Below, piece by piece: positions 9,215 to 16,029 of a stretch of 64,000 nucleotides of DNA. The notes below the pieces were generated by a model, which did not search any database, had not been told where the DNA came from, and worked only from the letters and a program-made list of their open reading frames with translations. This stretch comes from Anaerolineae bacterium. GTDB taxonomy: Bacteria; Chloroflexota; Anaerolineae; B4-G1; DUEL01. The stretch is from positions 5,328 through 69,327 of the forward strand of contig JAFGEI010000023.1 of the NCBI GenBank assembly GCA_016931695.1, read 5' to 3'. The translations under genes were made by a program, and so were the position numbers. The stretch's first letter is position 1. Each line of letters begins with the position of its first letter.

Positions 9215-10687
9215 CTACGGCGCGTAGCGGAAGGGATGGCGCGCCGCGGCCTTTTCGGCCAAGAGCTCGGGCAGCGTGGGCCGTCCCTCGATGGCCTTGC
9301 GAATTGCCTGGCTCATGGCCTTGAAATTGTTGAACGAAACCCGCTTGGCGATCGAGGCCGCGGGATGGACAAAGGCGTTGACGATCAGGACCAGGTCGTC
9401 CAGCAGCGCGGGCGGCAAAAAGCCGCTGTCGACGTTCTTTTGGATCGCCAGGTTGATGCCCTCGGCAGCGTGCTCGTAGAACAGGCGGCGTTGCTTGGCG
9501 GTGCGGGCCGTCACCGTGGGCACCAGCAGGGTCAATGGGCGCTCGTTGATCACCTGCAGGCCGCGCTCCTCTCCCCACTCGGCCGTGGCGCGTGTGACGG
9601 CGCGGCCCACCGGCCCGTCGCGCAGTCCCACGAGCAGGTCGACGTGGGCGAGTTCTTGGAAGGGCGGGCCGGCGAATCCCTCGCCGACTTTCATCGTCCA
9701 ATTGGCGACGGTGCGCGGCGTTTGCGGCGTGGCCGCGACGTGGGTGGTCACCCGGCGGTCGCCCAGGTCGTAGACGATCTCGGCAGCTGGAATCTTGCCC
9801 AGCGCCTCGAGCTGCATGCGCAGCTCTTCGTAATCCTCGCGCCGAAAGCCGCCGCCGGGCACGATCGGGTGGCGCGAGTTCCCCACCTCCAGGCCCATCA
9901 TCTGCAGCCCCTCCTTGACCGCCTGGGTGGCGCTGCAGCGCACCACGATGCGCACCAGCTTTTGCACCTTTTGTTGCCACTCCTGCGCCGTCGCCAGGTC
10001 GCCCTCCAGCGTGGCCTGGTAGACCTGCTGCCAGATGTCGGGGATCAGGTTGGCGCTGGCCAGGATGGCCCCGTCCGCCCCGGCGGCGAGTGCGGCCTGC
10101 ACCACCTCGTCGTGGCCGACGAAAATGCCCACCCGGCCCTTGACCTTTTCGAACATGGCTTCCATAAACGGCAAGTCGCCCGACGAGTCCTTGATGCCGA
10201 TCGCGTTCTCCAGGTCGAGCAGCAGCCCCTCCGCCGTCCACCAGCGGAAGTGGGTTCCGGCGCACTGGGGGATGTTATAGATCACCAGCGGGAACCCCAG
10301 CTTGTCCAGGGCGCGGTAGTGGTCATAGACCTCGTTGAAGCTGGGCTTGAGAAAGTAGGGGGCGACGACGAGGGCGCCGGCGGCGCCGGCGTCCCGCGCC
10401 CACTCGGTCATTGCCAGCGTCTCTCGCGTCGACGGCATGCCGGTGCCAGCCAGCACCGGCACCCGTCCGCCGGCTTCCTCCACGCAGATTGCGATCGTCC
10501 GTTGCCGTTCCTCAAAGGTCATAGACGAGAACTCGCCGGTCGTGCCGCAGGGCACCAGCCCGTTGACGTGGGGCAGCACGTGGCGGATCAAGGCGCGAAA
10601 GGCCGCCTCGTCGACCCGATCGTCGCTTGTGAAGGGGGTCACCAGGGCGGGGAAAATACCGCGAAACCAATCTGTTTTGTAGCTCAT
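9215..10687 (-). CDS. fusion protein: DHDPS/DapA-family class I aldolase domain (N-terminal) plus formaldehyde-activating enzyme (Fae)-like domain (C-terminal), copy 1
   Basis: 490 aa. The N-terminal 300 aa has DapA/NAL family hallmarks (FPALVTPF…GTTGEF…, Schiff-base Lys in IGIKDSSGDL, …ILASANL…). The C-terminal 170 aa aligns with Methylorubrum Fae (VGEGFAGPPFQELAHVDLLVGLRDGPVG… vs [27 protein letters not shown]…; …ARHPFRYAP vs …ATHPFAANA). Confidence 0.7.
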   Translation of the reverse strand: MSYKTDWFRGIFPALVTPFTSDDRVDEAAFRALIRHVLPHVNGLVPCGTTGEFSSMTFEERQRTIAICVEEAGGRVPVLAGTGMPSTRETLAMTEWARDAGAAGALVVAPYFLKPSFNEVYDHYRALDKLGFPLVIYNIPQCAGTHFRWWTAEGLLLDLENAIGIKDSSGDLPFMEAMFEKVKGRVGIFVGHDEVVQAALAAGADGAILASANLIPDIWQQVYQATLEGDLATAQEWQQKVQKLVRIVVRCSATQAVKEGLQMMGLEVGNSRHPIVPGGGFRREDYEELRMQLEALGKIPAAEIVYDLGDRRVTTHVAATPQTPRTVANWTMKVGEGFAGPPFQELAHVDLLVGLRDGPVGRAVTRATAEWGEERGLQVINERPLTLLVPTVTARTAKQRRLFYEHAAEGINLAIQKNVDSGFLPPALLDDLVLIVNAFVHPAASIAKRVSFNNFKAMSQAIRKAIEGRPTLPELLAEKAAARHPFRYAP

Positions 10688-10695
10688 GTCGCCTC

Positions 10696-12120
10696 CTACG
10701 CTCCGAACGCCTGGGCGATGGCCGCCCGTGCGGCGTCATAGACGCTCTTGTAGAGTGCATTCCGGTCCAACGCCTTGGGGTGGACAGTCGCCAACGCGAC
10801 CATGACCTCCTCCTCGGCTGCCCGCGTGGGGATGGTCTCGCTCTCCAGCGCATCGGCGATCGCCCGGGCCAGGGCGGCCTGGGTGGGGCCATAGATCATG
10901 TTGGCCTGGCGCAGGTTCTGTTGCGGCAGGGTCGGCAGCAGCAGCGTCGCCGGGTAGACGGTGAGGCCGGGTTCCAGGATCGTCGTCAGCGCCTCCCGGC
11001 CGTGGAGCGGGTAGGTCAGTTGCATGGCGTAGGCATCGCCCAGGGGGGTATCCTTGCCGCCGGCAACCAGGTCGATCTGCACCTGGTTCAGGCCCTCGCC
11101 GGCGGCGCCTGTGCCCACCCGCAGGCCGTTTGTGCGAACAGCCTCGGCGGACAGTTCCAGGTCGCCAAAGCGGTCCTCCAGCTGGCCGCCGGGGAACGCG
11201 ACGGGCGTGTCGGCAGCGGCGACCCGGCCCAGCTTTTCCAGTTCCAGACGGATCTCGGCCTGCGTCTCGTGGATCAGGGCGCCGCCCACGCTTTTCAGCG
11301 GCCTGCGCGGCCGTCCCACCGGCACGCCCATCATGTTGAGCGCGGCCTTGACCGCCACGCCGCCGCCGTGGCGGCAAAAGATGCGCGACAGCTTTTGCAC
11401 CTGCCGTTGGAGCGCCCGCGCCTCGTCCAGCCGCCCCTCCCGCACGTGCTGCAGCACCTGCTGCCACACCTCGGGATAGACCTGGGCGCTGGCGAGGATC
11501 ATGCCGCCCACCCCGCCGGCGAGGGCGGGGACCACCACCTCGTCGTGGCCGATGAGCAGGTCGATGCGGTCGCCGGCGTACTCGAGCAGCTCCATCGTAT
11601 AGGTCAGGTTGCCGGACGAGTCCTTCAATGCCACGACGTTGGGCAGGTCGGCCAAATCCTCCACCACCGTGCGCGGCAGGTAGGCGTCCACTACCTGCGG
11701 GATGTTGTAGAGGATGATGGGGATGTCGACCTGGGCAGCGATGTCGTAATAGTGCTGGTAGAGGCCCTTGTCGGAAGGGTGGAGGAAGTAGGGGGTGACG
11801 ACGAGAACCGCGTCGGCGCCAGCCTCGCGCGCATCGGCGGCCAGGGCGAGGGCCTGGGCCGTGCCGGAGGCGCCGCAGCCGGCGATGACCAGCTTGTCTC
11901 GCACCTCGTTGCGGGCGATCTCGACCATCCGGCGCTGCTCGGCGCGGGTCAGGTAGGGAAACTCGCCCGTCGTTCCGCTGGTGACGACCCCGTCGACGTG
12001 CGGCAGGACGTGGCGGATCAGGCCGCGAAAGGCCTGTTCGTCCAAATCTTCTGTCTGGCGGTCAAAGGGCGTCACCAGGGCGGGGAATATGCCCCGCAAG
12101 TTCAATTCATCTTGGCGCAT
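10696..12120 (-). CDS. fusion protein: DHDPS/DapA-family aldolase domain plus Fae-like domain, copy 2 (divergent paralog of 9215..10687)
   Basis: 474 aa. The N-terminus is FPALVTPFDRQTEDLDEQAFRGLIRHVLPHVDGVVTSGTTGEF…, with an active-site-type Lys in VALKDSSGNL. The C-terminal domain is again Fae-like (…GLRVGTGAAGEGLNQVQIDLVAG…VHPKALDRNALYKSVYDAARAAIAQA). There is an 8-nt gap to the paralog downstream and a 10-nt gap to the GH57 gene upstream, all on the same strand. Confidence 0.7.
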   Translation of the reverse strand: MRQDELNLRGIFPALVTPFDRQTEDLDEQAFRGLIRHVLPHVDGVVTSGTTGEFPYLTRAEQRRMVEIARNEVRDKLVIAGCGASGTAQALALAADAREAGADAVLVVTPYFLHPSDKGLYQHYYDIAAQVDIPIILYNIPQVVDAYLPRTVVEDLADLPNVVALKDSSGNLTYTMELLEYAGDRIDLLIGHDEVVVPALAGGVGGMILASAQVYPEVWQQVLQHVREGRLDEARALQRQVQKLSRIFCRHGGGVAVKAALNMMGVPVGRPRRPLKSVGGALIHETQAEIRLELEKLGRVAAADTPVAFPGGQLEDRFGDLELSAEAVRTNGLRVGTGAAGEGLNQVQIDLVAGGKDTPLGDAYAMQLTYPLHGREALTTILEPGLTVYPATLLLPTLPQQNLRQANMIYGPTQAALARAIADALESETIPTRAAEEEVMVALATVHPKALDRNALYKSVYDAARAAIAQAFGA

Positions 12121-12130
12121 GTGAACCTCC

Positions 12131-13714
12131 TTACAAGAAATTTTCAGCCATTTGTGTGCTAAAGATATTGTTCTGTTCTTGCAGCGCGCCGAGCCAGGCC
12201 CGGTCGAACTCGCCGCGGCGCAGTTGGGCGTAAATGGCTTCCATGTTCTCGACGTGCCCCCGCACCCGCTCCTCGGCGTACTGGCGGCTGCTTTCCCGCC
12301 ACATCATGAAGGCAAAGTCGCTGCTCTGGGCCAGCAAAAGCTCGCGCAGGTACTGCTGCCGGGCCAGGCGCAGCGCTTCTTCCGCGATGCCTGCCGCGGC
12401 GTCGAATTCGTCCAGCCGCTCGATCGCCCGGTAAAGCCGGGGATAGAGCCAGTGGTTGCGCCCCATCAGCCAGCTTTCGCTATAGCCCTGGTAGCCCCAA
12501 CTGGACAGCGACGGCGTCACCTCCTGGTTGACCGGATACTGGCGCAAATAGTCCGAAGCGGTGACCAGCTCGACCGTTTGCTGGTCATAGACCAGCTTGC
12601 GAAGCACCAACTCCAGCCAGGTCGGGCCTTCCCGCCACCAGTGGCCAAAGTGCTCGGTGTCGAACATGGCGACCAGGACCGGCTTGCGTCCCATCCAGGC
12701 CTGCAGCGCCTGCACCCGCTCCTGGCACCAGTGGAAAAAGTGCTGCGCGTGCGCGTCGCAGCGGCGAAAGGCCGCGTCGGGGTCGTACGCGCCGCCGCCC
12801 GCCCGCTTGCCGCGGTGATACTTGATCCCCGTGCCGGCCGGGCGGTCGATGTGGGTGAAAGGCGCGACCTGCTCCAGCTCCAGTTCGTAGCCAATGTCCC
12901 GGTCGCCGTCGAGGTAGCACGGATCGCCCGGATAGCCCTTGTCTTCCAGCCAGACCAGGTCGTGGATGCCCCAGTCGCGGCCAAAGGCGACCACTCCGTG
13001 GGGAGAATGGACCGGGGCGTGGACGCCGAACCGGGGCCGGGGGTGGCCGTTGAGAATGCCATTGGCGTTGAGAAAGGTGTAGCGAATTCCTTCCTCCTGC
13101 AGCAGCTCGTCGATGCCCGGAGAACGGCCACAGCAGGGAGCAAACCCGCACTCGGGAAGCCAAAAGCCCTGCGGCCGTTCGCCAAAGACGGCCTGGTGCT
13201 GCTGCAGGCCGAGCTGTATCTGGAGCCTGGCGGCGCGGGGGTAGAGCGTCCACAGGGGCAGATAGGCGTGGGTCGCCGCCGAGGTCAGCAGTTCGACGCA
13301 GCCCGCATCGCGCAGGAAGGCAAAGGCGGCCGTCAGGTCGTGATTCCAGTGTGCAAAGACGCGGCGGCAGCGCACAAAGTGCTGGTGGTACATCTGCGCC
13401 AGGCGCAAGAAATCGGGCCTGCCGCCCAGTCGCGCCATCTCCCGCTCCGCCAGCCGGACGCGGTCCTCCAGGTAGCCCAGGTAGCGCTGCTGCAGCAGCG
13501 GGTCGGCCAGTTGGGCCACCAGGCAAGGGGTGAGGGAGATGGTGATTCGGAAGCGGGCGCCGTCGCGGACCAGCCCGCTCAGGGCCTCGATCAGCGGGAT
13601 ATAGCTCTCTGTGATCGCCTCGAACAGCCAGTTCTCTTCCTCGGAGTGCGGCTGTGCGGCGTTGCGCACGAAAGGCATGTGCGTGTTCAAGACGAACAGC
13701 AGGCAGCCTTTCAC
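12131..13714 (-). CDS. glycoside hydrolase family 57 protein, alpha-glucan branching-enzyme-like
   Basis: Start set at the GTG at 13714, overlapping the upstream TAG by 1 nt (VKGCLLFVLNTHMPFVRN…). This is the GH57 HxH(L/M)P(Y/F)V N-terminal motif; an ATG alternative lies at 13678. The catalytic region is …WLPECGF…, …FDTEHFGHWW…. The size of about 528 aa fits GH57 branching enzymes. Confidence 0.75.
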   Translation of the reverse strand: MKGCLLFVLNTHMPFVRNAAQPHSEEENWLFEAITESYIPLIEALSGLVRDGARFRITISLTPCLVAQLADPLLQQRYLGYLEDRVRLAEREMARLGGRPDFLRLAQMYHQHFVRCRRVFAHWNHDLTAAFAFLRDAGCVELLTSAATHAYLPLWTLYPRAARLQIQLGLQQHQAVFGERPQGFWLPECGFAPCCGRSPGIDELLQEEGIRYTFLNANGILNGHPRPRFGVHAPVHSPHGVVAFGRDWGIHDLVWLEDKGYPGDPCYLDGDRDIGYELELEQVAPFTHIDRPAGTGIKYHRGKRAGGGAYDPDAAFRRCDAHAQHFFHWCQERVQALQAWMGRKPVLVAMFDTEHFGHWWREGPTWLELVLRKLVYDQQTVELVTASDYLRQYPVNQEVTPSLSSWGYQGYSESWLMGRNHWLYPRLYRAIERLDEFDAAAGIAEEALRLARQQYLRELLLAQSSDFAFMMWRESSRQYAEERVRGHVENMEAIYAQLRRGEFDRAWLGALQEQNNIFSTQMAENFL

Positions 13715-14103
13715 TAGGTCAGTGTGGTCCACGATTCCTCGTTGCTTGCGGATGGGCCGTCGCGCGGCAGGCAGATGGTGTTCGAGGTCACGGCGGGGTG
13801 AAAGCGCCCGGCCGCCGTCTTGAAACCAGCCTGCGCGCAATAGTTGCGATCCGCGGCCCAGATTTCCAGGTACCAATGATCGATCTCGGGGGAGATGTCG
13901 ACGTCAAAGTGAAAGTGGGAGTTGGTGTCGTCGAACAAGATGTCGGTCACGTCGTGGATGCGCAGCGTCCACTGCGCCTGCAGCGGGTCGAATCCTCCCT
14001 CGAGGCCGACCCGTTCGACGGTCTCTGGGCTGACGTGCCACCAGATAAAGGTCCAGTGGGGGTCCTTGGGCAGGAAATAGGCGCGGTCGGGATACTCATT
14101 CAT
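13714..14103 (-). CDS. DUF4912-like domain protein (GH57-associated)
   Basis: 130-137 aa. Start is either ATG at 14103 or TTG at 14127 (…NEYPDRAYFLPKDPHWTFIWWHVSPETVERVGLEG…). Family assignment is from memory of the conserved W-rich pattern that accompanies GH57 genes. Confidence 0.55.
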   Translation of the reverse strand: MNEYPDRAYFLPKDPHWTFIWWHVSPETVERVGLEGGFDPLQAQWTLRIHDVTDILFDDTNSHFHFDVDISPEIDHWYLEIWAADRNYCAQAGFKTAAGRFHPAVTSNTICLPRDGPSASNEESWTTLT

Positions 14104-15370
14104 CGGCTGGGCGCTGCGGTTCGTCAAACAGGCTGCTTTTCTTGATAATCTGGTAATAGGCGATCAGGGAGAGCGCGATGCGGGCGGTGTGCCACTGCTG
14201 CCAGTTGCCGTCCTGCACGTCGCCCTCCTGGCGGGTTTGTGTCTTGAGTAGCCATTGGGCGTTGGCCGAAAGGAGGGGCAGGGGGGCGTCGGGCATCTTG
14301 ACCAGCGTTTCCAGGGTGAGACAGGTGTTCTCGTAATGCCCCCAGCCCCAGCCCTCGATGTTGCCCTCGGCATCAAAGATGGGCCGCTCCTCGCCGCGCA
14401 GCCACTCGACCGCCCGGTTGATGCGCCCACCCAGTGGCCGGAGGTCGATCTCAAAGGCCTGGCCGACCAGCATGCCCTGCAGGGCGTCGCAGGTCTTGTT
14501 GAGCGCTGGGCTGCCGCTCAGGCCCTCCTGTCCGGGGTGGCAACTGCCGCTGTTCCAACTGCCGTCCGCGTTCTGGGTGGCGGTGAGCCAGCGAATGGCC
14601 CGCTCCACGATGGCGCGGTAATCCGCCTGGCGGACCTCGCCCAGCGCCTGCAGCGCCGCGCTCGTCGCGCCGACCTCGCTGTAGCAGCGGGTCGGCGTCG
14701 TCACGTCGAACCCCCATACCTGGGCATCCCACCCGCCGTCCTCGTTCTGGGCCTGGACCAGCCGCTCGATGCTGTACGAAACGGTGGGGGGGATCGCTTC
14801 CAGGCGTGGCTGGCCGGCCTGGTAAAAGCAGCGCACGGCGAGCGAGATTTCATAGACCGGCATCCCGCTGCCGGGATTGATGTACTCGACCGCCCACATC
14901 TCGGGGTGGGAGCCGATCCAGCTCAACCCCCGCTGCAACATGCCTGCGACGTCGACGTCATAGGCCAGGTTCTCCAGCTCCTGGGCGGCGTTCAGGCAGA
15001 GCACGGCGTAAGCGGTGCCCCAAAAGTTGCTCACGTCGAACTGGAATCCCCAACCGCCGTCGCTGTGCTGGCTGCGGCTTAGCCGGCGCACGGCGCGGAC
15101 GATGGCGTCCTCGGTCTGCTGCACCTTCCGGTGGAGGTTCATGTCCTGGCCCACCTGCGAGGTGATGTGCTGCACCTGCTCCTTGCTGCCGGCTATCAAC
15201 TCGCCGGCGTGGCTCATCATGCGCTCGGTGACCTGGCCGATCCGGGCAAAGCAGTCGATAAGCTTTTGGTACTTTTGCTCGTTGGTGAGATTGCTTTCCA
15301 GGATGCCCATCAAATAGCCCCGCACCTCTGGGTCCTGGAGAATCTCCAGGGGATTTTCGAGTGTGCTCAT
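14096..15370 (-). CDS. prenyltransferase/squalene-oxidase-repeat protein (alpha/alpha-toroid, terpenoid-cyclase/protein-prenyltransferase-like)
   Basis: Start at ATG 15370 (MSTLENPLEIL…) after the RBS aagggag. The upstream 66 codons of the track ORF are Arg/Ser-rich junk. QW-type repeats QNEDGGW and QNADGSW plus multiple W/G-rich helix pairs. 424 aa. Confidence 0.65.
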   Translation of the reverse strand: MSTLENPLEILQDPEVRGYLMGILESNLTNEQKYQKLIDCFARIGQVTERMMSHAGELIAGSKEQVQHITSQVGQDMNLHRKVQQTEDAIVRAVRRLSRSQHSDGGWGFQFDVSNFWGTAYAVLCLNAAQELENLAYDVDVAGMLQRGLSWIGSHPEMWAVEYINPGSGMPVYEISLAVRCFYQAGQPRLEAIPPTVSYSIERLVQAQNEDGGWDAQVWGFDVTTPTRCYSEVGATSAALQALGEVRQADYRAIVERAIRWLTATQNADGSWNSGSCHPGQEGLSGSPALNKTCDALQGMLVGQAFEIDLRPLGGRINRAVEWLRGEERPIFDAEGNIEGWGWGHYENTCLTLETLVKMPDAPLPLLSANAQWLLKTQTRQEGDVQDGNWQQWHTARIALSLIAYYQIIKKSSLFDEPQRPADE

Positions 15371-15371
15371 C

Positions 15372-16028
15372 TCACCACGCTCCCTTTTCGCCGGCGATCG
15401 CCATCCGCCGCGCTTCGCGGGCGACCTCCTTGACGTAGCAGGCCGTCCTGAGCGCTCCCAGCAGGTCCTGCGGCCTGCGGCAGACGCTGGCCTCAAAACC
15501 GTAGCAGTTGCGGATGACGTCGATGATGCTCTCGCCATCCAGGGTGGCAAAGTTTTTGAGCGCCACAAAGACGATCATGGGCAAGAGCGGCCGGTCCCCA
15601 CCCACGTACTTGATCCAATCGTGCGGCGGGTGGCTCAGGTCCAGCACCACCAGGTACGCCTCTTCGAAGCGCATGGTCCGCTCGAACGTCTCGTCGGGCA
15701 CGACGAACCAGGCGTCAATCTCTCGTTCGTCCAGCGCGCTGGCCACGTAGTACATCTTGCGCGGGGGTTTCCGCGCCGGGGGGGCTGCTTCGTCCCACGG
15801 GGCCTGGGGCTGCTGCTGTTTGCCGATCTGCACCAGGTCGTCGATGCGGCCCACGCGGTCCAGGTAGCCGATCAGCTCCCGCACCTTGCCTTCCGTCCCT
15901 TCCCCACCCAGGGTGTCGTACTCCACGCCGAGGTGGAAAAAGAGCGTCTTTAAGCTCTCTTTTGTGGGAAAGTGACGGGTGAGAATCTGAAACAGTCTGC
16001 TCCGGTAATCCTGCTGCGCTTCCGCCAT
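15372..16028 (-). CDS. hypothetical protein with N-terminal effector-associated-domain (EAD)/death-like motif
   Basis: Start at ATG 16028 (MAEAQQDYRSRLFQILTRHF…), with a possible alternative GTG at 16070 inside the GDE gene. The motif …SLKTLFFHLGVEYDTLGGEGTEGKVRELIGYLDRVGRIDDLVQIG…QP follows the L-x-L-C/F-F-x-LG-x-Y-x-L-x-G-x-K-x-RELI-x-Y-x-R-x-GR-L-x-L pattern. The C-terminal 130 aa is an unrecognised alpha/beta region. Confidence 0.5.
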   Translation of the reverse strand: MAEAQQDYRSRLFQILTRHFPTKESLKTLFFHLGVEYDTLGGEGTEGKVRELIGYLDRVGRIDDLVQIGKQQQPQAPWDEAAPPARKPPRKMYYVASALDEREIDAWFVVPDETFERTMRFEEAYLVVLDLSHPPHDWIKYVGGDRPLLPMIVFVALKNFATLDGESIIDVIRNCYGFEASVCRRPQDLLGALRTACYVKEVAREARRMAIAGEKGAW

Positions 16029-16029
16029 C

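Noticed and set aside
9072-10265. 397-aa ORF on the minus strand overlapping the aldolase-Fae gene in another frame, with extreme Arg/Gly/Pro content
   Set aside because: Typical high-GC antisense or alternate-frame artefact with no recognisable domains. Real genes with strong homology occupy the locus. The same reasoning rejects 10736..11467, 10780..12162, 12152..13717, 12585..13526, 16120..17766, 18468..19415, 20209..21576, 23051..24328, 27295..28224, 28158..30053, 30401..31660, 36372..37733, 39293..40636, 40173..41495, 43418..44164, 44305..46134, 45999..47318, 47735..49243, 48969..51560, 51736..53274, 52460..53620, 55307..57112, 56287..57957, 57257..58624, 59613..60464, 60602..61609, 61883..63016 and 62926..63864.
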